Assembly: GCA_024137785.1 (NCBI GenBank)
Contig: JAHRHZ010000058.1
Location: 15,360,883 to 15,424,882 of the forward strand
Direction of reading: 5' to 3'
DNA: 64,000 nt
From: Ginglymostoma cirratum
Lineage: Eukaryota
Positions 25,166-39,229 of this stretch are shown piece after piece (position 1 is the stretch's first letter; every line of letters begins with the position of its first letter). The position numbers and the translations under genes were made by a program. Under the pieces are notes generated by a model, which saw only the letters and a program-made list of their open reading frames with translations, was not told the DNA's origin and made no database searches.

Positions 25166-27429
25166 ACATCTTAAAATCAATGTGCAAGTTGTTTAACAGA
25201 GTAGCTGTCTCTCATGTAATACCTGATCTCTTTTGCCTGACTCCTCCATACCCCCGGCTCCCTACTTTGGTCAGCTGTATAAGAGCTTCCCTATCAAACA
25301 AAGTCAAAGCTAATCTGCTTTCCCACATTGATGGGCTTGCTGTTTGTCTCTAGTATTTTCTGTTTTTATTATTGACCTCACCACTGACTTCCTCATACTG
25401 GACTTAAGGAATTTCACTGCAGGGTCATTGCTCATCACTAACAGTTCAAATCTATAGAGCAGTTCTACAGAATCACTACAGATCAGTGAAGGTTTGGAGC
25501 AATAATTTATATACTTTCTTCCTCCAAGAAAAAAACAGGAACATTAAGACATTTTTGCCTTTTAAATCATGTGTCCACAGAGTGCTCAGTCCACAAATGA
25601 CAAGACTATTATTAAAAGTTCAAATATTTGAAGGAACAACATTTGGTTTTCTTCCTTTCTGTGATAAATGGCTAATATTACTGCAGGGAAATAATAAAGG
25701 ATTGCATGCTATGGTATCGGTGCTAATGTTGGACGGAAACATTTTTCACATTAGGATAAAATAATGCAATTTTCTTGGCTACTCCCAGAGCTTGTGTCAG
25801 TCACTGGTCAAGCGTTTCAAAACACTTACTGTTTATTGACATATTAATTACTGATTATGCCACAATATGCCACAAATCACAACCACTAGATTCGTTCCAA
25901 GCAAAGTGCAGAGCGAACCAGAAAGAAATAAAATCAATCCTGTGGAAAATTCAATTCAGTCTGTATTTGACGAACTGCATGTTGGTGTAGAGAAGCTGGT
26001 TGTAAATTTCTTTGATATATCCATTTAGATCATCCAGGATTCTTTGTTTAAAACAATACATCATAACTGTAATACTACAAGGCTACATAAGTTCGGTAAA
26101 AGTCAGCCAAGTGTGAAATTGCTAGGTTTGGCTTCACCATGAGTGATGACCAAATTATTGATTAGGGGCCACAATCATTTTGTTCTCTTGACAAAAGCAA
26201 TCGGATAGCGCAGGCCTCCTTGTTATATGAAGGGTTACTTCCGAGTAATAACAGGATTCCACACAACATAAAGTTATAAGTAAAGAATTTTAAAGCAGAA
26301 CTTTAGGATGGCAAAGTATAGGCAAGAGGTAAATGTCTACAAAACTCCAGGGCTATAAAATTGTGTTTTACCTGAAAATATTATTTAGTAAACAATCTAA
26401 AAACCATTGTTGGAGGTGGGGGGGGGTGGCATTGGCAAAGCGGAGCTTTAAGGCATTCATTGCAGGGGGAGAATACTTCAACAAGTTAATATTTTTAACG
26501 TGCAGAGATAACAGGGAATCTGGAGTCAAACTGGAACGGCAATTTGCCTCCCAAATACTTATTTGCTAGGAATCAATTGCTTTCCTGAGAAGAACTTTGA
26601 CTTCCAAGACAGATCATCCCTGAATCCTGGCTGTCAGTGGCTGTCTCTGCAATAAAAATACAGAATTGGAAGTTAGGTGGCAAACATAGATTTATTTTAA
26701 CAGCATTTTCCAAATATTAGGCACATTTACACTTCAATTATTTCAGCCCACACTTTCCTATGTGTTTGTTTAGTTTTTGTTTTGGCTCCTTTTGTAATGC
26801 TAATACTGGAAGGACACCCCTCCTCTGTTCTATGGTGTACACATTTCAATAGATGCATTCTTTAGGAAAGCTCTCTTTTACACAGCACGTTTGTTTAGCC
26901 ACTAGTTTGATTTCCCATACTCCATACAACATCTCGTTAATAGGAATTAGCATATCAAGGACACAGTTTGATTTTACCCAAAGATATTCCCATCAATATA
27001 TTTCATTGTGTATCAATGGCTCACTAATATCCAAAATCAGAATTCTCTTCCAAATAACTGCTGTAAGGCTTTGATAGATGCACAGTTCCTCAGGGTAAAT
27101 TTTCAAGACCAAATACATATTAAAACTAATCCAACTGGATTCAACAAAGTTGGTGTTGGATGGTAAGCAGAAATTGATGCAGCATATACAACTTTATTTC
27201 TAAATTAGCTTCATCCTTACATCATCTTAATTTCAGTAAGTAATTTATCAGAGTGTTACCCCATGCTGCCTGAAATGATAATGCTGTTTCAGTGCTGCAT
27301 CAAATGCTAGATACTCTGGAGTTAAAAAAAACTATTGAGTAACATCAGGATACAATGCACTTTGGCAATTCAGTGCTACTGTATGTAACGTACCCTGACA
27401 ACCCCCCACCAATCCTTACTATAGAAGTA

Positions 27430-30310
27430 TCTAAAGAGGGTGCACCTCAACAAGGGTGCAGTGTTAACCTTTAGATCTCTTTTTGGAATAGAGATGTAAT
27501 TTGTACCATTGTGGCCACAAGCACTTTAATAAAGACCAAGTATAATAGAGTAGACTACTGTCTTGTTAGCATAAAACATTTTTTCACAAGTGGAGTTGAG
27601 AGTGAGTGTTGAAGAACTGTAAAAATGCATAGCTACTGATAGACACAGGAATGTTCAGAGTTGCTACAAAAAACTGAAACAAACTTAAAAAGAACAATGC
27701 AACAGGTCACAGGAAGCTCTAGGTTAGAGACAATGACTTCAACTATTCCTCTCCTAGCTCCAATTGAAATGATAGGAAGAAGAATTGACCAAAGTATAAA
27801 ATAGGTCTTTTTCAAAAGCTGTTATCAGCTAAGTGTAACTACACTCTTATCACTGTTGGTAAGAAACTTTTTCAAACTGTATTCCACCCAAAACTCTTAA
27901 GAATGGAAGAAATAGATTCTCCAGAAATTTTGAAAATTCTGAAGGCATGCTTTGAAACTCAAATGAACATAACTTATGAATGCCCGTGTTCAATAGTGAG
28001 GCTCAGGGTAAGAGAGAGTCCATTGATCAAAGTGTGATTTCATTAACTTAGGTCACAGAATCCCGTGAATTTGCACAACCAAAAGACAATCTAATAAAAG
28101 ACAGGATTGTGCAAGGCAAAAGAGATCCTGCAGCAAGACCATATCTACTGAGGAAGGAAAGGTTTCCTCTCAGGAAAGCAGCAGACAAGTGCAGAAGCAC
28201 TGAGGTTGTAAATCAGTAACTAAAGCATATAATGGCAGAACAGAACAAACCTTGCATTCTAATAATAGATACCTCAGGAACAAAGGGCAGGATGCAAATA
28301 TTGTGGAGGATATTGCACAAAGGAGGCATGTCTAATGTGAAGAAAGCGTTGTTCTTACTCCAAGAAGCCATATGCTTTGCAAATAAGCACATGGCTAGAA
28401 GAGAGTGCAACAACCAAGTATAAATGGCCACTGGAGAGATGTCAGCTGAAAATTCTAACAAATCACTCTACACCGTGCAACAAATAAAAGCAAAATACAG
28501 CGGATGCTGGAAATCTGAAACAAACATAGAAAATACTGGAGAAACTCAGCAGGCCTGACAGTCTGTATGAAGACAGAAATAGGATTAATATTTTGAATCC
28601 AGTATGACTCTTCTTCAATGAACGTATTGACAGAAATTTAGATTGGTCTGGTTTTCGAAAAGATGAGAGCTGACACAGTGATGCTGGGACCATAGATGCA
28701 AAAGCAGTACAATGTTTATTTGATTAATAAATTTTTAGCAAATTTCTTGCCCAATTTATCATTACCATTACACCAACTTACAGAAGGGATGTGTAGTGGT
28801 ATTGGGGCATGGAACAACAGTAGCATTCACCAAAATCAAACAACTAGTGATGGCTGTACTGCTGATCAAATACTATTATACAAATGATGACATCTCCTTG
28901 CCATGTGACACCAGCAATATGGTACATGGAGCAACTCAAGTGTAGCAAGGACAACCAATTTCATTTCCAAGCAGGCCATTAACACAAATGGAACAATATT
29001 ATGCTTAGATCGAGAAGAGTGTCAGGCCATTGACTTTGCTTATAATATTTTCATCAATACATACTTGGAAGAGACAAGCTAAGAGTCAAGTCCAATCAAA
29101 AACCACTTCAAAGCACTTTTCTTAAGACACAACTATGTGATCCAAAGCATCTTTGTCGAAGGTTACTCTGGCTACAGATGCAACATACAAAGAAGGGATA
29201 CAGGTATAAATTGGATACATGCCGTGGATAGCAGTAGTCCTGATGAAGAAAGTAGAGAGTGCTACAACAAAGTGTGAAATCTTCCAGATCCAACATGCAG
29301 CAACAGCTCAACATGGTCTGAGGAAGTCATTAACCCAGAGTGACACAGAATTTAACAGAAAAGCACATTACTCAAATCAGGAGAATTACTGAACAAGAAG
29401 CAACTTTCTAGGTGTTACAAAAGTAGTGATGAAAGTGTGTCTGAAAGCATCAGGAAAGGAGTCAGAGTCATTATCCCTCAGCAGTTGAGATGAACTATGT
29501 TAAAATTTCATATTTAACATAAATTTGTTAAATTTCATAAATTTAACAATTTATGTTAAGACACCAATGAATTGAGTCAAGTCTAAGGGAGGAAAGCGAT
29601 GTGCTCTACTGGTGAAACACAGAACAAAATCAAAGGCCACATCAGTCACTTCAGTGTTTTTATTGAATCCCAAGTTAAGCCACCTAGAAAACTTCTGGTG
29701 GCATATGACATCCTAGATAGGCCAATGATGAAGTTGGGAAGAGACCTTCTCATATTCTGATAACCAGAAGATGGACCAGCTGACTTCAATGACTACTGTT
29801 CAGATAAAAGCACATTTCAGCTGTTACGGCGTTCCCAACATTCTGATGTATAATGATGGCCCTCCGTTCATGAGCGACAAATTCAGGCACTTGTTAAAGG
29901 TTTGGGAAATTCAGCACCATCTATCATCTCCACATTAGTCAAATGGAAATGCTGAAGCAGTAACATAAACCAAAAGCATCATAATGGAACCAAGCAAAAC
30001 CCACACAAATGTATACAGGCAATCCTGGGCGGAGAAACACATGATCTAAAGGCATGGAGAGTAAATAGTCTAGTATAAAGACTAATATCAATCCATACCT
30101 AAGCTATTCTTCCAATAACAAAAAGCTACTGAAGCTACAGATAGTAACATTTGAGTGACAAATTCAAGGTTAATTGGCAGAAAGTCAAATTTAATTTTGA
30201 GAAAACCGCCAAACTATTGTTAGAATTGAGCATTTACAAAACAGTTAGGGTGCAAAACTTCAATGGTCTCAAAACAATCAGCCAAGTGGCGACTTGGTAC
30301 TTGAGTATAG
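27430..30310 (+). mobile_element. Degenerate Ty3/Gypsy LTR retrotransposon (gag-pol remnants)
   Basis: gag-like DNLIKDRIV, RNase H-like CDTS.YG.GA...QPISF.SR.LTQME..YA.IEK, integrase-like HFSCYGVPNIL..DGPPF.S...WEIQHH.SSPH..SNG.AE. Heavily frameshifted. Confidence 0.7.
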
Positions 30311-30329
30311 CAGTTTTTAAAAATTCATT

Positions 30330-31260
30330 CTTAGAATTTGGGCTTTGCTCGTTCGGCCAACATTTATTGCCCATCCTTAGTTGCCCTTGAGAATATGATC
30401 AGCTGCCCTCTTGAATTACTGCAGTCTATCTGAGTTTGGTTCACCTCAAAGGCTGTTAGGGACAGAATTCCAGGATTTTGATCCAGCAACACCAAAGAAA
30501 TGGAGAAATACTTCCAAGTCAGGATGGTGAGTGGCTTGGAGCAGAACTTGCAAATGAAGGTATTCCCATTCATCTGCTGCTCTTGTCCTGCTAGATGTCA
30601 ATGGACATTGATTTCGAAGATGCTGTTTAAGAAGCCTGTTGAATTTCTGCAGTGTATCTTTGTAAATGGTACACACTGTTACAACTGTGTATCGGTGATA
30701 AAGGGAGTGGATGTGTTGCCAATTAAATGGGCTGTTTTCCTGGATGGTGTCAAGCTTCTTGAGTTGTTGCAGCCGCACTCTTCCAGTCAAGTCGGGAATG
30801 TTCCATCACACTCTTAGTTTTTGTCTTGTAGATGCTGGACAGGCTTTGTAGGATCAGGAGGTGAGTTACTCACTACAGGATTCCTAGGTCAATGGTATAT
30901 TAATTACAGGGGTTTTGGGGATGGTAATACCATTGACCATCAAGTAGTGATGGTTAGATTTTGTCTTGTTGAAGTTGGTCATTACCTAGCTTGTATATTC
31001 GTTGCCATTTGTCAGCGAAAGCCTGATGTTGTCCAGATTTAGCTACATTTAAATATAGACTGCTTCAGTATCTGAGGAGTCACGATCGATGCTGAGCATT
31101 GAGCAATCATCAGTGAACATCCCCACTTCTGACCTTATGATGGAGGGAAGTTCATTGATGAAGCAATTGAAGATGGTTGGGCCTAGGACATGATCCCGAG
31201 GAACACCTGCAGAGATGTCCTGCAGCTGAAATAAGTGAAGTTTAACAATGATAATGAGAC
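30330..31260 (-). mobile_element. Non-LTR retrotransposon RT and 3' fragment (CR1/L2 superclade)
   Basis: ORF reads QDISAGVPRDHVLGPTIFNCFINELPSIIRSEVGMFTDDC. Same family as 59030-60000. Confidence 0.75.
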
Positions 31261-31269
31261 AACACCCCA

Positions 31270-31815
31270 AATGTTGTGTGCCATTTTGATCTCCTTATTT
31301 AACTAAAGACATGAATGTGTTGGAGGTGGTTCGGAGGAGGTTTACATGATTGATATCTGGAATTAACATCTTAACATATTAAGAAATAAATGAACAGTTT
31401 TGGTTTACCTTCCTGGAGTTTAGACTAGTGAGGGGTGATTTGGTTGAAGTTTATAAGATACTGGAACGTCTTAACAGGATTGACATGGAAAATACGTTTA
31501 CTCATAGAGAGTACATAACTAGGGGCTGCTGTTTTAAAATTATGGGCCACCCTTTTTGGATAGAGGTGAGGAGAATTTTTTCTCTCAGAGCTTTGTGTAA
31601 CTTTGGAATTCTGCCCCAGAAGGCACTGAAAGCAGGTTTATTGAATATTTTTAAGGCAGAGAAAGATAGATTATTATTAGGCAAAGGAATCAAAGGTTAT
31701 CAGGAATAAACAAGAATGCAGATTCCAGAACGTGAAAGATCGGCCATGATCTTAATGAATAGCAGGCCTTGAAGGGCCGAATGGCCTTGTTATGTTCATC
31801 ATTCATATGTGCATA
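31270..31815 (+). mobile_element. CR1 LINE 3' end
   Basis: ORF reads MRGDLVEVYKILERLNRIDME...FKAEKDRLL. Confidence 0.75.
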
Positions 31816-32399
31816 TGAACAAGCTATTCCTCAATATAAGATGGGTGATCAGAAACATGTGACCTCACCACCTGCACAATTCACAGATCAACCAACTGAC
31901 CCAGAGATCCTTCATGTCAAACAATGGAAATGGAACAAAACCAGATGGCAAAAACAGATGACAGAAGTGACACACCCCACGGAATAAGCCTGGACCACAC
32001 ATTTTGAGAGTAGCTGTTTGAAAAAGAAGACTGAATGCAAGGCTGGGTCCAGGGAGTCTTGGATTCACCCATCCTAAAGAGGGATGTAACTTCTGCAGAA
32101 TCCTGGAATCCCACAACAGAAGGCCTATGACAAAACACATTTGTGAAGCATTACCATCAAAGAAGAACTGTTGGCTATTAAATATATGACCAATTAAAAT
32201 GTAATGTGCTCGAGAAATTCAACAAGTCTGGCAGCATCAGATAAGACGGAATAAAAGTTAATATTTTGAGTCCAAATCGACCCTTTTTCAGAACCCTTCT
32301 TCAGTTTGAGGATGTCCATCTTAGACATCATTATTAGAGCTGAACTCAAGTAGCCAAGTGAAGAGCATTCCAGCAGATATACCTTGCAGGCGAAGGAAG

Positions 32400-34870
32400 G
32401 AATTTCAGGATAAAGAATTAATGACCTCAGAGTAAATGCACTCTAGGTAGCTTTGATCACAATAGGATTAAATTTTACATCCAGTCTGAAAGGGAAAAGA
32501 GTGGGTTTAAAACTAGTACTTTAAATTTAAATAAAGACAACTACGTTGCCATGAAATCTAAACTAACTGAAGTGAATTATCATACTGGGCAAGGATGAAT
32601 CATTAGAGACACAATGGCAGACATTTAAAGGGATATTTCAGAATACTCAAAGTAAGCACATTCTCACTTTAAAGAAAACTTCCAAAGAGAGGACCCAGCA
32701 TCTGTGGTAACTAAAGATGTTGAGGAAAGCATCAATCTTAAGGAAAAAGCATGTAGTTGTATCAAGGTGAGTGGCAGGTCAAGTGAGTGGTCAGAATATA
32801 AGACCAGAAGAGAATTACTAAATGGTTAACAAATAAAAATAAATAAAGGTTTGAGTGGAAATTATAAAGAAATGCAAAAACATATAAAGTAAGAGCTTTA
32901 TAGGGTATGTAAAAACAAAAAAAAATTATGTAAAGTAATCACTTTTCCTCCATAGGGTGATAATGGGTATTATTTTAAGCTAATAAAGAAATGAAACTTG
33001 TGATAAATAAATATTTTGATACTGTCTTCAATATATGGAGACAAAAAATATCCCAGTAATATCTGTTAATCAGGGGTTTGAAGGTAGAGAGGAACTAGGG
33101 AAGCAGTACTGAGCAAACTAATGGAAATTCAGGTTGATAAGTCCTGATGGCCTTCATCCTAGGATCTTAGAAGAGATCTTCTCTTTCAAAGAGATCTTCT
33201 AAGAGATGCTGTTCATTTTCCAAGATTCTTTAGATTCTTGAAATGTTCCGTTGAATTGGAAAGAAGCAAAAGAAGGAAAGGAGGCAGAAAACTGACAACT
33301 ATAGCCCAGTAAGCTTGACATCTATTAGTGGGAAAGGTGTTAGAATTGATCATTAAGGAAATTATACTTGGGCACTTGGAAAAACACAAGATAATCAGGA
33401 AATGTCAGCATGATTTTAGGAAAGGTAAATCTTGTTTAGTCAATTTATCGGAATTTTTTGAAAGCATTTTGGAAGATCAAGTACAGGTGGAAAGTATATG
33501 GTAAATGGCAGAACCCTTAGGAGTACTGATATGCAGAGGGATATGGGTGTGCAGGTCCACAGAGCACTGGCAGCGCAGGTAGATAAAATGGCCTATGGTA
33601 TGCTTGCCTTCATTGACTATAAGGATAGACAAGTAATGCTGCAGCCTTTTAGGACTTTAGTTAGATCACACTTGGAATATTGTCTACAGTTCGGGTCACC
33701 ACACTACCAGAAGGATGTGGATACTTTGGAGAGGGTACAGAAAAGGTTTATCAGGATATTGCCTGGTATGGAGGATTTTAGCTATGAAGAAAGGTTGGAT
33801 AGACTGGGTTTGTTTTCACTGGAACACAAGAGGTTGAGGGACGACCTGATAGAAGTTTATAAGTTGTGAATGGCATGGATAGAGTGGAAAGTATGAGGCC
33901 TTTTCCCCAGGGTGAAGAGTTAATTACCAGGGGACACAGGTTCAAGATGTGAGGGGGGAAGTTGAAAAGAGATGTGCGAGGCATGTTTTTCACACAAAGG
34001 CTGCTGAGTGCCTGGAACGTGCTGCCAGAGGTGGTGGTAGGAGCATACACAATAGGAACATTCAAGAAGCACTTGGACAAATATATGATTAGGAAGGAAA
34101 TATAGGGATATGGATCCTGTAAGTCAAAACAATTTAGTATGGAAGGGCAAAATGTGTCGTCGTAGGCCTGGAGGTTGAAGGGCCTGTTCCTGTGCAGTTT
34201 TGTTCTTTGTAATAACATGCACTGTCTACAAAGAGGCCTTGTACTATACTTGAAGTTCCACAAGACATTATAAAATTTCCACATAAAGTAGGAGCAAGAT
34301 GGTTTTAAAGAATACAGGATAGCATACTAGCAGGGACAGAAGACTAGCTGGATAGTTGGCTGACAGAAAACAGAGAGTATATGCAAATGAGTCTTTTTAA
34401 TATTGCAAGGAAATGACAAGAGGTGATTAGGCAGGGCTGGGCCCTCAATATTTTATCGTTTGTGTCGAATACTTAGGTGAGGTGATTGAAGACAGTGGCC
34501 AAATTTAATAGGCAAGAAAGGATGCTTTGGAGATGACATACGAAGATGCAGGCTGATACTGACAGATTGAGTGAATGAGCAAAAATTCGGCAGATGGAGT
34601 CAAATGTGGGAGAATTAGAAGTTGTTCATTTTGGCAGGAAGAGTAAATGACAGTATTTAAGTGGAGGATGACCCTGTAGAATTCTGAGGTGCAAGGGGAT
34701 TTAGGTGTTTTCATGCATGGGTCACAAAATACCAATATGCTAGTACAGTAAGGTATTAAGAAGGCTAATTGAATACTGTCCATTATTACAAGAAAGATTA
34801 AACATAAATATAAGGATGTTATGCTTCAGTTATATAGGGCATTTGTGAGACAACATTTGGTCTACAGTGA
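32400..34870 (+). mobile_element. Nested CR1 LINE fragments (younger 3' end at about 33480-34205)
   Basis: ORF 33498-33869 (LVRSHLEYCLQFGSPHYQKDVDTLERVQKRF), flanked by older RT segments (GKSCLVNLSEFFE). Confidence 0.8.
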
Positions 34871-35084
34871 TTTTAATTTTCTACGTGCCATACTCAATCA
34901 AATGTTACCTTAATGATAGACCTATCACTTATTCTCTTAAATTCAACTCATTTGCCCATGTTTGAATCAAACCTGTACTGAATGCTGGAGCTGTCCCATC
35001 CTGACAGAATCCAAAGTGAGCATCATTGCTTTTGATAAGTGCTGTGTGATAACTGTGCCCATTATACCTTCCATCACTTTGATA

Positions 35085-35478
35085 CTTGTGACTACTCTGT
35101 ACTGACAGTGCACTCGGACAATGAAGGCCATCAATTTAATTGGGACAATGTGTACATCCTACCTCAAGCCAACCACAGACATACATGGGAATTCCTAGAG
35201 GCCTGGTTTTTCAACCCATAAGGCAGTCAACAAACATGTGGAATTACAGCCCATCAACAAACCCATGCAGAACAGAGCCGGAAATTACACAACCCAACTT
35301 GACAGACTGTATCATATAAATACCAAGCAGAGTTGAACAACATTGCTTCATCGGAGGCCGCACTGATGACGTTACCTAGCATGGTGATGAAACATCTGTA
35401 TAATAAGCAGCCAGCTCGGCGAGCAAGCCAACAACCTCATCCACAACCCAAGCTACAAATCTTTGCAAGAACCTTAAA
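35085..35478 (+). mobile_element. Penelope-like element 3' end (GIY-YIG C-terminus plus hammerhead core)
   Basis: HSDNEGHQFNWDNVYIL.QA..RHTWEFLEAW. Core CTGATGA-cgttacc-tagcat-ggtgat-GAAAC at about 35363-35394. Confidence 0.75.
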
Positions 35479-35479
35479 T

Positions 35480-36410
35480 GGAAGAAGAATGTCTTGAGTA
35501 TATCAGGATTGCTTCTTAGAGCAGAATGTTGTAGAACCTACATGGGAATGGGCTATTTTAAATCCAGAAACGTGTAATGAATTAAGATTAATAAAATATC
35601 TCATAGTTAAGTTCTCGGAGAGGGTAGCAATTACAACGTTGTAGAACTTCAAATTCAGTCTGAGGAAAACAACTCAGATCTCATACCAGTCTCCTCAATT
35701 TGAATAAGGGCAATTACAGAGGTACGTAGAAAGAGTTGTCTAAAGTCGGCTGGGAAAATAGGCTAAGGGGAAAGTCAATGAATGAGCAGTGGCATATATT
35801 TCAGTAGACAGTTCATCAGGTTCAGCGTAAATTTATTCATGTCAAAAAGGACTCAATGAGAAGGATAAATTACCCATTGTTAACAAAGCTGGTCAAGGAG
35901 AGTATCCAATCAAATACCAAGCTATACAAAATAGCAAAAACTAATGGTTGACCAGAGATTTAGGAATCTTTTAGGAACCAGCAGCTGATGACTAAAAAGC
36001 TAATAAAGAAGGAGAACTGATGAGAAAATAAATGTAAACAGCAAGAGCTTCTACAGGTAGATAAAAACAAAATAGCCAAGTGTGACATCCCTGGAGTTTG
36101 CGATTGGGGAATTAAAAATGAAGAACCAGGAAATAGCAGATAATTTAAACTAATATTTTGCATTGGTCTTCACGGTGGAGGACACTATAAACATTCCAAA
36201 GATAACAGATAAGCAAGGTGCTAATGGGGTGAAAGATCTTGTAATAGTCTCCATCATAAGAGACAAAGTATTTGATAAATGAAGGAACTAAACACAGACA
36301 AGTCATCAGGACTGGACAGTCTGCATCCAAGGGTTTTAAAGGAAGTGGCTGCAGGGATCGTGGAGGCATTGCTTAAAAAATTCCAGAACTCACTGGAATC
36401 TCAAAGGGTT
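35480..36410 (+). mobile_element. CR1 LINE ORF2 middle fragment
   Basis: Degenerate endonuclease-to-RT linker (DKSSGLDSLHPRVLKEVA). Confidence 0.7.
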
Positions 36411-37044
36411 TGATTACATTAAGCTTATTTAAATGTCCTGCTTTTTCTTCCTTGATTATAGATTCTAGCTTTTTCCCAACAATAGATGTTGACCTTAGGG
36501 ATGCCGGTGGATCAGAAAACTGATAATTGAATCCTCCACTTTCCCACTCCCATATTGTTGTTAGAAACCCCAGTAAAAATTAAATCTTGTTCAGTCAGAT
36601 AAACTGAGTGCAGAATACAGCTAAACAATTGTTCTGATCTTGGGAAACTATACTTTATATTTACAATGTCGTTAAATGTTTCCATCAAAATTAATTATTA
36701 GATTTTGAAAACAAGCTCCTAGAAAATATTTAACAGGATTAAAAGTTTGTACATGGTATTTCATCTTCTAGCTTAATCCCATGTACATGTTTCAAGCTTT
36801 ATTTTGCTTTCTGTAAAATGTTTAAAAAGTGACATGATTATTAATGCATTTCCCAATTGGTTAGCTGTGAGAATTCTTTGATGTGATTGGTTGCTTGAAA
36901 AATTTAGTGACATAATAGCAGCTCAACATCGGGAATCACCATTAAACTGCACTGCAACCAGTTGTCTATTGAAAGAGGTAAAGTTCTCTCCAAACAGACA
37001 GCTAAATATCACACTGCAGTGTTCTTTGTGCTCAGAGGGAACGC

Positions 37045-38500
37045 CGACATATAACTCCAGACCCACAGCAATGCGGCTGACGCTTAACTGCCCTCTGGGC
37101 AATTCAGGATCGGTAATAAATGCTGGCCTGGACAGTGACACCCACATCCCATGAATGACTAAGAAGAAATTAAGGTTAGAATATGCATTTATCAAAAGCA
37201 ATTCAATTTTAACTTAATTGATTGAATTCTTTGTTGAGTCCTGGAGAGGACTGATGAGGATAATGCAATTGATATGGCAAAAATAGACTTCCAAAAAGTA
37301 CTTCATAAATTGCCACATAACAGGCCTGTCCGTAAAGTTGGAATGAAGGGGACAGTGGCAACATGCTAATGAATTTGGCAGAGTAACAGGAAACAGAGGA
37401 TAGTGGTGAATAGTAGTTTTGTTTTGGATGGGGAGAAGAAATACAACAGAATTGAATTGAATTAAATTAGCTTTATTGTCACATGTACTCAAATGAGTAC
37501 AGTGAGAAGTTTATAAGTCACCATTTACAGCGTCATCTTAGGTACAAAGGTACCTAAAGCAGAGCTTCTTCACTTACAAGATTAGTTACAGTGTAACAAT
37601 GTCTCCAATCCCATGAGTTGATACTGGGAACACTACTTAATTACATATTAATAACCTAGAGTTGGTTTACAAGGCACAATTTCAAAAAAGTAAGATGACA
37701 TGAAACACAAAAGTATTTTGAACAGTGACAGGAATAGTAATAGACTTCAAGAGGATGATAGACTGGTGGAATGAGCAAACAAATAGCTGATGAAATTTAA
37801 TGCACAGAACTGTGAAATGATGCATTTTGATAGGAAGGGCAATATAAAATAAATGGTCCAATTATAAAGAGGATGCAGGAGCCGAGATTTTCTGTGCAAA
37901 ATCATTAAAGGTCGCAGGGCAGTTTAAGAAAGTGGTTAGTAAAGCATGGAGTCCTGTTATGATGAACCTGTATAAAACACTAATTTGACCCTAACTGGAG
38001 TTTTATGTCAAATTTTTGAAACTGCACTGGAAAAATGTGCGAGTTATAGATAGTGGTTCAAGGGATGAGGGACTTCAGTTATTTGGATAGATTGAGAAGC
38101 CACAGTTTTTTGCCTTTGAGAACAGATGGTTGAGATATTTGATAGAAGTGTTCAAAATCATGAGGATTCTAGACAGAAACTTTTCCCATTGACCAAAGTC
38201 TCAGGAATCAGAGGACACCGATTAAAGGTGATTGGTAAAAGAAACAATAGTAACATTAGCAAAATCTTTTTCATACAGTGAGTGGTTTTGGTTTGAAATG
38301 CACTGTCTTGGGAGAGTGGTGAAGGCAGGTTCAATCATGCCTATCAAAAGAGAACTAAATAAACACCTGAAGATAAAAGAAATACAGCACTACAGAGAAA
38401 GGATAGAGGAACAGGACCAGGTAAGATGCCCTTATAGCAAGCTGGAATGGTCAGGAGGGACTGAATGTTCTCCTTCCCTACTGTAACCATTCTATTATCT
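37045..38500 (+). mobile_element. Partial SINE (37045-37170) followed by a degenerate CR1 RT and 3' end
   Basis: SINE tail ggtaataaatgctggcc..cccacatcccatgaatga; DFQK..KLPH.R-like RT segment; CR1 3' pattern. Confidence 0.65.
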
Positions 38501-39229
38501 TATAGTGGTTAATTGAGCATGGTATCAAATCCCATAGTGTCTGTGTGGAAAAGTATTCCCAAATCATGAAATGCCTTCAGAAGATGAGGGGAAGACATTG
38601 GGAATACAAATCTGTTCTGTAAAGCAGAAGTAACACAATTTTATGCAACAAACTGAGATCTAACTGTCAGGAACATAAATCAGTCAACCGATCTCGCATA
38701 TGATCACAGCAATATTCAGATAAGAAGAAGCTTCCGAGAATCAAATTGTTGATCTTTTGCTTACTCCTTGGTCTTTTTAATAATCTCATCTGTGGCTGAC
38801 CTTGAACTTTATACACCAGATTTTATACACTGCCTGATTTAACAAACCTTTCAAAATCAGGGCATGCTTGACAGAAACATACCATCAATACAGGCTGACA
38901 TCATTTATTTCTCACATAAATCTTGTTATGTTTTCATACTCGGGGAAATTCATTGTTTCTATAGGTCACTAGCAAACAGACTTTACCTTTTATATATTAT
39001 CTGCCTTTACTTTAGTAAGGTGAAAAACACAAGAATCATTATTTATCCACAGAAGCTGCTCCATTTTTGTTTAAAACAGTCACTTCGAAAAGATCTATTG
39101 AACAAACTACAACCTACAATTTAATGAAAATGTGAACTTCCTCTTTTCTTCATATTACCCTGTCCTTTATGCTCTGATATATATTTAATGTAGGGTAGTG
39201 TGACATTTACTTCAGTCCTGTTCACCAAC

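Noticed and set aside
29514-29559. AT-rich hairpin of about 21 bp inside the Gypsy remnant
   Set aside because: Low complexity; probably a repair or slippage scar with no evidence of function.
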